From: Phallusia mammillata
Lineage: Eukaryota
Assembly (NCBI GenBank): GCA_965637545.1
Contig: OZ281496.1
Coordinates: forward strand, 13,082,001 to 13,146,000
Length of the DNA stretch: 64,000 bases
Direction: 5' to 3'
The position numbers and the translations under genes were made by a program. Positions 25,072-37,145 of the stretch are shown here, piece by piece; within the stretch, counting starts at the first letter, position 1; the number at the start of each line of letters is the position of its first letter. The notes under the pieces were generated by a model that ran no database searches, was not told the origin of the DNA, and saw nothing but the letters and a program-made list of their open reading frames with translations.

Positions 25072-25133
25072 ATCTAACACAACAACAAAAAACGTGTGCC
25101 GCCCTTTTTTTCTTTTGTCAACGATTATTGGTG

Positions 25134-25152
25134 ACGGGTCAATGCACACGTG
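25134..25152 (+). promoter_or_regulatory. Conserved 19-bp upstream element (copy 2)
   Basis: ACGGGTCAATGCACACGTG identical to copies 1 and 3 although the flanks have diverged. Confidence 0.45.
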
Positions 25153-25557
25153 CTTACATGGCGTTTACGTCAAATCGTTCTCCTACTAACAAAGCCAATA
25201 GCGTACAAATAGAGCCATTTCAAGCTCATCTATAACAATAACAGAGAAAAGGTACATGCATGTGTGATTAATATGCCCAGTCATGCCCAAGTACATTTTA
25301 ATAAAATTTGATTTAATACATTACTTTTAGTTGGTCATTATCTAATAAACATAATAACTCAGCTCACACGTTCAATTCTGTCCCTTTTTCTGACTGATGT
25401 TTACATCAGCTCGTAGCGAGGTGTTTATTCGAGGTACATCAAAAATAAATTGCACAATGTACGAATACGCCACTTAGACGAGAGTGAAAGAAAGAAAGCA
25501 TTCTGTCCGGTTCGCTGTGGGCATAAATAAACTTGCGGTTAGCAGACCGTCCCGTTT

Positions 25558-28178
25558 GCATATTTCCAAAATGTTTCCGAATTCGAACAACAGGGTTTTT
25601 TCAACCAATCACAACAGCGGAAATCTGCGGGTTGGCGTTACGTCACGTCTTGGTTGCTAAGTGGTAACTTTAACTTTACTATTGTCAACGATTCAAATTT
25701 TTTTGTCAGTTTTTATTTAAAAATACGTTTTGCGGTCAGAAGAAGATAAAGACTCATGCATTTGGGATGTTTGAACTGAAGGTAATGCTTGTTAGGTTAT
25801 GAATAACAGTAAATTATAATTTTATTGAGTGTAAAATGGTTTCTATGCAATATAACTTTTAAGCAAAATATTTTCTCTCATAAATGGTATGTGTTTGTTT
25901 AGGATAGCAACACATCCCTTTCAATCAATCAATGTCGATTTTTTACAATGCATATATGATGAGTACTGCACAGCAAACAAGTTTGGATGGTATAATCAAA
26001 GCGTATTATGCCTCATTGTCTCTATTGCAAGCACCTATGATCAACGTAATTTATCACATTATGCATGCCATACCTTGGGATCAACAAACTGTTCCTAACT
26101 AACAGAGATGAATGGTTCTTAGTTGTCACAGTGCAGTTCTAACTTAAATGTACACTATGGACACCATTTGCATAGTTGTTCCAAACAACTCCCAGTATTT
26201 TCAGACTTAAATGTTGTTCTGTAACACCAATGTGTATGTTGTTTTGATTGTGAATGCTGTTAATTTTGTTGTAAGTTAATGAAACAGAAGTGATCTTGAA
26301 TGACAAAATGAAGTAGTATGCTTTGAAACAAATGGAGGATTAAAAAAGGCTACTACAGTATAGAGTATATTATGAGAAGAATTACTTGTGCGTTTTTTCT
26401 TATGACATTGAAATAATAAATATTTTTACCCAAAAATGTTGTACCGAATAACTACAGCCCAAAAACAGTCAAAAACCATAAATAGTATAAAAGTTGATTA
26501 TATCTGTAATGTATCTATAATATCTATGATGAAACAAAACTCTTTGTCACTTAGCATACTGTAAATTACAGTTGGCAAGCCTGTCCATTGACAACACCCT
26601 ATCTGAAATGTGAAAAAAAATCTTGCCAAGCTTTTTTGTGCTCATTGTTGCAAACCATAAGCATTGATGCGACAACAGTGCAACATTGCATTTGTAACAT
26701 CAAGCACTTTATTCTTTGGTAAAATATGACATCAATTTAGAGCATATATATAGAATATCACCAGAAAACAATTTACATTTGTAATTTATAAATGAAAAAT
26801 ACAGACACACTGGCAGCTGTTGGTGCAATAAAGATCTGTAATGTAGTGGGAAAAGCCTGTGATATAATATATATTCAACATTGATCAATTTATATTAGAT
26901 GACTTTTATATCCATTAGTTGTGGTCATTAATATGAATCATAATGTTTAACTACTAACTAAAGGTGCCATTTTGTAAATGTATTTTTTATGGTGTGTATA
27001 GTTTAGATTAAACCAGATAATACCCAACCCTACTCTAAATTAAGCCAAATGTTTACCTAATTTTACAGTCACCAATCTCTATTTATTATACAGGCTGTAA
27101 TCACAATTTTTGCAAAAACATCTAATGATTTTAGTCCATCTTTTGTTGTATTAAACACAAAAACAGAACAATAGGCTTATAAACTTCACCATTTAGGAAA
27201 CTATATTGGTACTGCATAACATTTCAGAGGAAAAGTACTTAATTTATCAAGTATACAAAATAGGTTAATACCACATCATGATATTTTTGTTTAATGTATT
27301 GTGTTTAAAATCAAATTAATTAAGTACCAAACGTCCACAACTAGTGGTAAATGTTACGGCTTTGAGATCTACATGTACACGCTGTACGGTTTAAATAAAA
27401 CCAGTAAATATATTTCAAACCAAAGTGCATGGAAAAGCTGAAAATTATATTTTGTGCTATTGATATCAAGCAAAAATAGAAATGTGAGTGTCAATAGCTG
27501 GTCACTTTAGACAATTGCTTTAAATTTTTGTGGTAAGGTGTCTTGGCCTTTCTGTTCTTGTCATTTCCAGTAAGACTTGAGGTTGTTTTTTCGGGTAAGA
27601 CTTGATTCTGTTTCAACTATACATGTGTAGCAGATTGAGCACAAGAGATGGAAACTTCCCACTACTTTTTGTCTCCAATCAAAATTACTGGAAAGTCTGG
27701 TCATAAACTTATCTATGCTGTAATTGGTGTGTTGGCTTGGTTTTAACTCTAATTTTAACATCTTCTGTAGATACAGGAAAAAGTGTCAGAAATCTCAAGT
27801 TAGAAAACCATAGTCATTAATAATCCATTTTTAGTTACACAAGTTCCCCCAATTTTGCTGCAGAGAATCCTTTTCGTGAATGATATATCATATATAGACA
27901 CTGACATTGCCATCAAATTCGTTTATAAGCGTTATGTTTAAAAAGAACAAAATAATCTTTTGCATGTAACTATTACAATCATCACTAAACTGTGCGAAAC
28001 ATACTTCAAATACGATGGAAGGCCGGTTGCTACGCAAGGTGTCCTCTGATTGGTTAATAAAATCTGATATGCAGGGTGTGTTGTGATTGGTTAAAAGATG
28101 CCGTGACCCGCGAACTTCCTCCATTGTGATTGGCTTAAAAACCCCGTTGTTCGAATTGGAAACATTTTGGAAATATGC
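25558..28178. mobile_element. Non-autonomous Mutator-like element (MULE), 2.6 kb
   Basis: TIR GCATATTTCCAAAATGTTTCC(G)AATTCGAACAAC.. about 60 bp; 9-bp TSD GTCCCGTTT at 25549-25557 and 28179-28187. Confidence 0.85.
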
Positions 28179-28594
28179 GTCCCGTTTTGTGTTACCTTAA
28201 AAAAGTCGACTGGGGTTTGAAAAACAATTCATAGATCCATGCTTAGTTTTACAATTGTATTTTCAATAGTCTGTCGTCGATTGTCCACATTAATTAGGTA
28301 AAGAAAAGCGCTGACGCGCGAAAACTAACCAATCAAAAAGAGATCGTAAATTAGGAAAAATCAAATATTTCTGTTCGCGCTACACAATGCCCCCAGCACC
28401 AAATAGCAACGATAACTCAATTTGTGGGAGTGTAAGAAATGCGCAAAAAGAATTTTTGGCTTTAAAGTCGTCGTATAGCATTTCGTGGTTATGGTATTTA
28501 TTTATGCTAATCTAACTAGCTACCAAAGAAGTATTTGGGTACAGCGTAATGCCTTTTACAAATCCAAACCTTGTAACTTCGTCTATTTCCTTTT

Positions 28595-28650
28595 CATTTA
28601 GTGTGAATCAACATGTGCCTTCTCAAATGTTCACGTTGCTGCTTCTTTGA
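28595..28650 (-). pseudogene. Isolated last-finger fragment of a zinc-finger gene
   Basis: Minus strand reads EHLRRHMLIHTK*, close to the 3' end of the gene at 10860-10895. Confidence 0.55.
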
Positions 28651-28791
28651 ATCATATATTTATCTTCTATATCTAAGTTCTATCTAAGCTGAAGGAGACT
28701 GGGACGTTGTTTAGAAGTCTGGCTCTCCAGCAGACCTCGCGAGTCTAAGATTGATGTGGGTCATGTTGTTTGATGTCTTTAGGCTTATGGC

Positions 28792-29308
28792 CATAGACGC
28801 CGAATTTTACAAAAATGAAAGGTGTCACACGTAAAATATGACGTCACTTCTGCTTGCAACCACAAGAAATTGTCCAAACCAACTCCCCATAGAATGCAAC
28901 GTTCGTCAATATCAGAAGAAAAACGATATGTTTGAAATAATATTTAGTTGGCAATTGCAACATGTTACTGTAACGTTTATCATTGGTTTAGCAACGTTGT
29001 AAAATGTTCGTCAACTTGTTGCTTCTTTAACCATTTATTCCAAGAAATTGCATTGTACATAACAATGGCCCAACATTCACTGGCAGACAATAGCGTGTTT
29101 GACGTCATAAACAAAGGACTACATAAAACAGGTTGCAGTTTTTTAGTCACGTTTTGTGGCTGCATCGCCAACACATTTGTTTACAAGCAAATTTGTTCCC
29201 ATATGTTCAGATTTGACGATATTTAGTACGATACCGTCACAACTAACCAAAATATCCACGGTGACGGCCGCCGTGCTTTAAAAACCCAAGACCTACTCGG
29301 CGTCTATG
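28792..29308. mobile_element. P-element-like MITE
   Basis: TIR CATAGACGCCGA / TCGGCGTCTATG; 8-bp TSD CTTATGGC / CTTATGAC (7 of 8); CAWAG end and 8-bp TSD are P-like. Confidence 0.7.
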
Positions 29309-29916
29309 CTTATGACTAATTTTCCAGTATAGGGTGTGTTTTATATCTAACTGATTTTAAAACTATACGACCATGGTAAACATATTTGTGACAGGAATGA
29401 TGTTGAGAAGTTAAGCCACTTGAAGAATTTGGTTTGGTTAGAATGAAAGCAATAATTAGTTGATTGCCCCACGGATAAACCCTATAGGAAACACGGATTA
29501 GAGCCAACGTGACCTGCAGTCTGCTGATGTATCGATCATGAGCAGTCAGACAAGTGCACAAGCAAAAATTAACTCCCAACCATCAAAGCGGTTGTTGAAC
29601 GTTGACGTTCAAGAGAAAAATACGCACTATGACTCGCTGACTAAAAACAACTAATATGTTAAACAAGGTGTATTAAAGTAGGGACAAATACGACATGACG
29701 TAGGTATAAACTTCTCTGGTCTTAGTATGGTTGAAACTTACCCTCAGTGCCTGTCTAAGGTAAGTCAGCAAACGCGAATGTATAAAGTGACAACGGGGCG
29801 AATAACACGCAACGTGCAGTATTTCCTGCCAAAATTTTATATTTTAAGATTTCGGGTATCAATTCTAACACGATTGGCACAGAACATTCATTGTTTGGCT
29901 TTCAAAGTTTGACTAA

Positions 29917-30546
29917 TTATTTGCATTGACGCGATGTTTCTTTAGTGTGTGTCAACATGTGATGTTTTAATGTTCCCATTCGACTAAATTCTTGCTCGCA
30001 AACATTGCATGGATAAAGTTTATCAACAATGTGAGTTATCATGTGTGATTTCAAATGTCCGATTTGGCGAAATCTTTTTTTGCAAATATAACATTGGTGA
30101 GGTTTCTCATCATTGTGAATCCTCATGTGCATTTTTACTCCTACTCTTTGGCCAAAGCTTTTGTTGCAAACATTGCATCGATGTGGTTTTTCGCCAGTGT
30201 GAGTCAACATGTGTTTTTTCAAATCTCCAATTTCAACAAACTGTTTTTCACAAACCTCACATCGATGTGGTTTCTCTCCAGTGTGAGTTAGAATGTGTCT
30301 TTTTAAATGTCCAAGTTGACGAAACCTTTTTTCACACACATCACATCGATGTGGTTTTTCTCCAGTGTGAGTCAGCATGTGTGTATTTAAATTTCCCACA
30401 GTACGAAACCTGTTTTCACAAACATTACACAGAAGCGGTTTCTCTCCAGTGTGAGTCAGTATGTGTCTTTTCAAATGTCCACCTTGACTAAAACTCTTTT
30501 CACAAACCTCACATCGATGTGGTTTCTTTCCAATGTGATTCATCAT
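29917..30546 (-). CDS. C2H2 zinc-finger protein, 7 intact fingers
   Basis: 209-aa ORF with seven canonical fingers and TGEKP linkers. Confidence 0.9.
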   Translation of the reverse strand: MMNHIGKKPHRCEVCEKSFSQGGHLKRHILTHTGEKPLLCNVCENRFRTVGNLNTHMLTHTGEKPHRCDVCEKRFRQLGHLKRHILTHTGEKPHRCEVCEKQFVEIGDLKKHMLTHTGEKPHRCNVCNKSFGQRVGVKMHMRIHNDEKPHQCYICKKRFRQIGHLKSHMITHIVDKLYPCNVCEQEFSRMGTLKHHMLTHTKETSRQCK

Positions 30547-31232
30547 GTGACATTTGAGGTTAAATTTGCGTCTGAAGCATTTCTCATATAAGCCTAATTT
30601 AAAAGGTTGTTTCTCTGTCTCGTTGCAATGATTTTGTTAGTTTGCAGGTGAACAAAATTTGCTCGCAGTACTGAATACGGTTGGTTTGAGTCCAATTCGC
30701 CTTTCTTCTTTATTACCACTTATCAAACAAATTTCTCAGTTGAATCAGGAAAAAAGAAAACTAAAGAAAATACTTCTAAAGAAAAACATTGAATAACATT
30801 TGATCAAAGCAAAATCACAAATCACTGTTGACAACTGAAGAAACAAGCGTACATTTCACATAACAACTACATGTAAAAAAAGATTTTGCTACATGGAAAA
30901 TAATTTTAAGTTTTACTTTTTTGCAAATTAAATTCTTTGATGAAACAATAGTGTGGACATTTTAATTAAACTAGCATAAAGAGCTTCAAGCACGTTTTTA
31001 ACTGGGAAACTGATTCTAAGCAAAAGCTAAATTTGGCTTTTCGATTTTTTGATAGACTTTGCACTTGAGTAAGATTGTTACTCTCCAGTTATAAAAGAAG
31101 CTGCTTCTGTCTCATAAAAGGCGTCACCTGGTAATGCATTTCATAAACACAAATGGTTTCGCCTTGTCGGTTGATAGTGTGCTTATGCATGTGAACGAAC
31201 GTTCAGCTGCTTATACATTTATAGCCTATAGT

Positions 31233-31636
31233 CAGAGTTGCCATACCGTCCTTATTTCTAAGATTTGTCCCTATTTTGAAGGGCGTTGTCTTAGAAAAGT
31301 TCATTGTCCATATTTCTAAGAACTGTCCTTATTTTGTCTTATTTTCAACAATTATGAGTCAAATCCCTGCTACAAGTGAAAGTAAACTTAGACCTTAGCT
31401 GTTGTAAGATTCACGAAACATTTTCTACGGACAAGTGGCTGGCTGGAACAGATTGTTTCTGACCTAAATATAGCATATGATATGTGGAACAGATTGTTTT
31501 TGACCTAAATATAGCATATGATATGTCATGGCTCGTATAAATGCAAAGATTTGTTCAAAAACGCTTGTTTTGTTTCGTATGAAAACTTAATTTTTCGATT
31601 GTCCTTATTTTTGGTTTCAAATCGATGGCAACCCTG
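31233..31636. mobile_element. hAT (Blackjack-like) MITE
   Basis: CAGAGTTGCCAT / ATGGCAACCCTG; TSD CCTATAGT / CATATAGT; absent from the paralogous site near 8025. Confidence 0.85.
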
Positions 31637-32661
31637 CATATAGTAGATGCGAAATGTGTAAACCAAATCATCTCATAGCACCAGGAGCGCTACGTGTCGT
31701 TAATTGGTTGCTTAACTCGCTGTATTTAACTGCTTCCTAAACCTCACGCTCGTAATGCCACAACCTAACACAAGTAAAATATCGCCGACATAACAACTTT
31801 TCAAATCTTGCCACTTGATGCTGCAGTTGAAGTACCCGAGGCCATCAAGCACTCCTTACTAACTTTTCCTCTGATCATGACTCAATGTTGTCAGAGATTT
31901 TGTAAAATATCACAAAGCTAATGTTGGTTGCAGCATCAGTGGATGTGTAAGTCTTGGCAAAAAGTCTTTATGCCTCCGTAGCTTAGCTAACAAACTTCAG
32001 CTATTCTACTTTTAGATGATATTTTGTATTGCCCGTGTGTGCGTCTACTAGTACTATGTGCATAACTAATAATCACACCACTGTATCTCAAGAACTCTTT
32101 TTCATTATATATTCGTTGAAACTCTGCAATCAGCATCTACCTTTCGTTTACTATGAACAAATATTACTGCGGGCTAAAGTCTCCCAGTAATAAAAGACTG
32201 TTTTAATTGCTTTTGCTATCGCCCTCCATCTCTAGTGCAACTAACACTGGAGGTTCATATGTGACTGCAGATCACATAAGGCTCAAGTTTGCTGCAAAAT
32301 ACTATAACTCCACTCACGAAAAGAACGACATTACACATACAACTTTACTTGCCCTTTTAAACACTGTTATGTGTGTTTAATAAACATCAATGCCGCGTGG
32401 ATTAGTTCTTCAGACACACTGTGTGTCAAGAAAACATTTTTGTCAAATCGTATGAAGCAAATGGTGCAGCTTTTGGAAAATTTTGTGAAATATCACAAAG
32501 CTCGTTCGCACAATACCGATTAATTGGTCGAGTTACTGGTAAACGCAAACAATGTTCTATTAAGTTGAAAATACGTCAACATACCGAAGTCAGTTCCAGA
32601 ATGCCAAAAGCTCCACACTAACGTCCGAACATGGAACGTGCCTTGCCTTTAATAATTGGCA

Positions 32662-32680
32662 ACGGGTCAATGCACACGTG
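32662..32680 (+). promoter_or_regulatory. Conserved 19-bp upstream element (copy 3)
   Basis: ACGGGTCAATGCACACGTG; variants at 33218-33236 and 33734-33752. Confidence 0.45.
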
Positions 32681-32712
32681 TTTACTTTGCTTTACCGCTG
32701 GACTATTTAGAC

Positions 32713-32945
32713 CAGGGGTTGGCAACCTTTGGCCGCACCCGTGTATAACACAAGGTGATTTTACTTTGTTGCATACCAAATATCCTTAACTACAAGTAAA
32801 ATTCGCATTTTATTCTAGCCACATATTGCCAGGTCACAGAAAAATAGCAACGGGTGCATAATAGTTGGACTCGCGTCTCTGCGGGCCGCACAACCTTTAA
32901 TCAAGGGTCGTATTTGGCCCGCGGGCCGCAGGTTGTCCACCCCCG
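32713..32945. mobile_element. hAT MITE
   Basis: CAGGGGTTGGCAACC / GGTTGTCCACCCCCG; TSD ATTTAGAC / ATTTAAAC. Confidence 0.82.
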
Positions 32946-33460
32946 ATTTAAACAGTTTGTTTGTCAAAACATGAACTAATCAAACAAATGGCGCGATTTA
33001 ATTTTTTCCCTAAACTCAAGACGAATGCTGTCGTTTCATACCGGGCTGCATAAAATGACGTTCGGCACTATACTAATCAATGGCCATAAAAGAAAAAGTG
33101 TCATGCCTCCTGTGACAACGTTCTCTATGTGTCTGATTTGGTTAACACTTCCTTGTCAACTTTCACATCAAAAATCTGACACTCGACTAGCTGTAGGACT
33201 GCCTTTTTCTTTCGGTTACAGGTCAGTGCACTCCTTTACTGTTGCGGTGTGGATGAGTCTGACAGTCACAAGGTTGTCAGTGTTTTACACTTTCGCAATT
33301 TGGAATGGACTGAGTATCAGATCTCGACGATTTGCAGAATAGCTTTCACCAGATCAAAAACCAACATTAACATTCCGCATGGATTAGTTTGACGGACACA
33401 ATATGTGTCTACAAAACAGGACCTGTCTCATTTCCGGCATATCGTAAGCGTACTAACCTA

Positions 33461-33693
33461 GCAAAAGGCGTGTTTTATTTTCCTCATAACACAAGACAAA
33501 TATTGTCGTTGTATTTTCAAACAAGACTTTATCAAATTACTTAGCTCAACTATGACGGAAAAGTTACATTACACAGCAAAAGGCGTGTTTTATTTTCCTC
33601 ATAACACAAGACAAATATTGTCGTTGTATTTTCAAACAGGACTTTATCAAATTACTTAGCTCAACTATGACGGAAAAGTTACATTACACAGCA
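33461..33693. repeat. Near-perfect 2 x 115-bp tandem duplication
   Basis: GCAAAAGGCGTGTTTTATTTTCC..TACATTACACA starts at 33461 and again at 33576. Confidence 0.92.
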
Positions 33694-34160
33694 CAAACCT
33701 GGCGCTCAACGAGCTGCCTTTTTTCTTTCGGTTACAGGTCAATGCACTCGTGTTGACTGATGCGTTGTTGTGTGGCTTACAAGTTTTCCAGTGTTTTTAC
33801 TTGACCACATCATAGGCCAAGTACTTGTTACTGCATGTGTGGGTTTTTAGCCATCTCAAGATATTCAATGTTTTGTTCGTGCGCTGGATGTGCTAGAATC
33901 TATATGCTTTGCGCGCAGCCTACACAGTTGTATTAGAGTGCTGGGTTTGCAGAATAGTGTTTACCAAAACAAATGTGTATTCGTCGACTTTAGGGATTTT
34001 GTTGTAGTCACCCAGGTGTTTGAAGTTTTACTGCCATAGAAAAGAATACATACTAAATAAACTTTGGTCTGCAGCAACTATATTGCAAAACGATTTGTGA
34101 AACATGTTCTTTCTACTAGACGAGCTTTGCTGTGTGGCGTTTGTGCAGCTGGGACTACAG

Positions 34161-34946
34161 CAGTGGTTCTTAACCAGGGGGGCACGCCAAGACATTTCCA
34201 AGGGGGGCGTGAGCCAAAAGTTAAATAAACAAATTTATTTAACTTTGGACTCACCTCCCCCTAAAATTAATTTTGCAGGTATAGTGAATTGGTTACGAGC
34301 ACTGACGTTTTTAAAAAGAAACAAATATTGTGATGCAATACCTTATTGGCGTAAATACGTGGCAAAGTTTTTAGTTTGTTAGTTTAGAACAGGGGTCACC
34401 AAATTTTTTAACTGCGGGCCGGATAATTTTAATAATCACGCTCGAGAGCCGCATAAATTACAAGCCCTGACGCAGCCTTACCCAAACTGGCACTCGCATG
34501 TCTTCCCACGATCTTATTTGTATTCAGATTGTGCGCTGTTTAATTGCAAAATTATGAAAAATATGGAAGTATCACATACCAAGTAATGCACGTTTATTCT
34601 ACCACGAAGAACTAAAAAGGCAATTGTTCGCACACAATTACTATTCTTTGTTTTTGTCAGTGACGTATCAAACTGCTTATGGATGATACTTACGCCTTGT
34701 TATCCTGTTAGACCAGGTAAAATTATTACTAAAATGTATTATGAATGTTTGCACAATTACTAACGCCCCCGGACCGTAAATAGGTGATTCCTGGTTTACA
34801 ACATAGGCAACGGAAACTTCTGGTAGTTCCATTGCTGCGTGTGTTCGAAAAAAGTGTCGTTTTTTGCCTGTTTCAGGGGGGGGGGGGCGTGAAGTGCCCG
34901 ACAAACATCTTAGGGGGGCGTAGACAAAAAGAGGTTAGGACCGCTG
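34161..34946. mobile_element. Composite non-autonomous hAT element (same family as 40164-55871)
   Basis: CAGTGGTTCTTAACC / GGTTAGGACCGCTG; TSD GACTACAG; internal CAGGGGTCACCAAA end at 34390. Confidence 0.9.
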
Positions 34947-35799
34947 GACTACAGTGACAAGCAATTCAGTTTTCCGCTTGTGACCTCACGCAGTGCCGAA
35001 AGTGTAGTGAAGATATATGATTTGTTGTTTTAGATTTAGACGCTGATAGCTTTGCTTTGTTTTAACCTTGTGTTGTTATGTGCTGTACCCAAGTAGATGT
35101 TTTTAAGCTGTTACATCAGTGCAGCATTATTAAGGCAATTGTTAAAACGTTGGTCTAATCAACTAAAAGCTTCGGTAAGTATACAGTGTTGTATGATTGC
35201 GAAAAAAACTGCTCTAAAAATGGTATGTTACATTTTGTGAATGCATATGCAGCAGGTTTGATTTCATGTGTTATAAAAGAGATCACAATCGTTTGCAAAT
35301 ATCCCGACGAACTACTGTGGTTAGTGTAGAACGAGTTTAAAGTAATGATGATTAATTGACTGTCAGCGAACAGGCAAAGTAACTCGCTTGATTCCCTTGT
35401 CACATAGTTTTTCTTGTTGCACTTGTCTAATTGTGGTTGGATGGTTTAGAATAGTAACGTTGCACCCAACGACTGTAGCGAGAAAGAAAGTGTTCAAAAT
35501 ATTTTCCAAGTTTGCTCTAACGTAAGATATTACAGGTTTCTATAGTAAACATCAACTTAACTCAACATCACAGGTTAAAATTTACTGATTGATGGTGCTA
35601 GTTGATGGCAACCAAATAATGTAATTTTGCACGTATGATTGCACTGGCTATGGATTTTGACATGCTATATATGTTGAGATTATTAGCAGCTAATTTTAAA
35701 GCCCAAATCACTTGTGGTGCGTTTGGAAAACAAAATCTTTTTACAGAGCAGTCGAACATAATAAATCATTTTGTTTTTGCAGATAAACAAACAAGAACA

Positions 35800-36405
35800 A
35801 TGGCGACCCAGGAATTAAATTTGGAGCAAACCGATCGGCAATGTGCAGATGCTTATGATCACAATGAACTTTCCAAAATAAATGAAAGAGAGCAATTACA
35901 ATGCCAATTTGCAGGAATTAGCATTTTTTCTGAAAAGGGTGCCTTTAAACGAAACAAATTGACTCCCACCAGTAAAACAATCTTTCAATGTGATGTATGT
36001 GAAAAGATGTTCAACCGCGCCACAGGCTTGAAAAGACACATGGCAAATCACTCCAATACGAAACCTTATCGATGTGATGTGTGTGAGAAAACGTTTAGTC
36101 AGGGTGGAAATTTGAAAAGGCACAAGTTGACTCACACAAATGAAAAACCACATCGATGTGATGTATGTGAAAAAATGTTTAGTCTCGACCAATATTTGAA
36201 AAGACACATGCTAACTCACACAAAAGAGAAACCGCACCAATGCTGCGTATGTGAGAAAAGATTTGGTGCAAGAGGGGATTTAGCAATGTACATGACGATC
36301 CACACAACAGAGAAACCGCACCGATGTGACATTTGTGAGAAACCATTTAGCCACCGGGGACATTTGAAAAGACACATGTTGATACACACGAGAAGTATAT
36401 ACTAA
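35800..36405 (+). CDS. C2H2 zinc-finger protein, 5 fingers (one with H>Y)
   Basis: Acceptor TTTTTGCAG at 35782, ATG at 35800; ORF open to 36405; fingers with TNEKPH/TKEKPH linkers. Confidence 0.85.
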   Translation: MATQELNLEQTDRQCADAYDHNELSKINEREQLQCQFAGISIFSEKGAFKRNKLTPTSKTIFQCDVCEKMFNRATGLKRHMANHSNTKPYRCDVCEKTFSQGGNLKRHKLTHTNEKPHRCDVCEKMFSLDQYLKRHMLTHTKEKPHQCCVCEKRFGARGDLAMYMTIHTTEKPHRCDICEKPFSHRGHLKRHMLIHTRSIY

Positions 36406-36524
36406 ATGCTATTAAGTTGAAAGTTTCTTTTGGAGAAGTGCTGCAGCATCTCATAGTTGGTATGTCTGCGTCGTTTAGTACATTTAAAACAAAACAGTTC
36501 TTTTGCCATCTTGTTCATCTAATG

Positions 36525-37145
36525 CAGTGGTTCTTAAACTTTTTTGGCCGCGACCCAAATCGGAGTTTTATGAACATCTCACGACCCAAGCCTCAAACAT
36601 AAAAATGTATTAACGAGACGCAATTTCGCGGCCACGCCGTCGCCGCATAGGAGTCTGTCCATGTCAAAATGGCTGCAGGCTTAAGCTTAACGAGGTCAAT
36701 TCGTTCGCCAACACTGCATAATAAAACACACATTGGCTTTGCAGCACCATGATCATTGATAGAAGTGAATCTCAAATCTAAAAATGTTTCCTTGTACGAA
36801 TACTTACTCGTCATTAAACGCTTACTGTTATATCTCTAAGTTCAGTTTCGCATGAATAACTTGTCTTATTATTTCCGGTGTTATGACGTTACAATCGCCA
36901 TGTGCGTAACAGTAAACTTGGAAGCCTATTGTTGTATGTGGCCTGTATGTGGTAATGGTCGGTTCATTTTACTGTACAACGTGGTCGAGTGTGGTGACTT
37001 TACTACTACATTAAGTTAATTCGTTTGTGTTTACTTAATGCAGTAATAGTTCGTTTGGGCATAATTGAATCACCATAGCGCGACCCATTTTTTTGACCCT
37101 GCGCGACCCATGTTTGGGTCGCGACCCATACTTTGAGAACCACTG
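36525..37145. mobile_element. hAT MITE
   Basis: CAGTGGTTCTTAAACT / TTTGAGAACCACTG; TSD ATCTAATG; homologous to the outer part of 19144-20453. Confidence 0.92.

Noticed and set aside
3238-30491. Antisense ORFs over finger arrays (3238-3444, 10286-10468, 22525-22752, 30009-30491, 35896-36207)
   Set aside because: Shadows of the periodic 84-bp finger repeat on the opposite strand.
35635-35799. N-terminal extension of the 256-aa zinc-finger ORF
   Set aside because: Lies upstream of a clear TTTTTGCAG acceptor; probably intron read-through.
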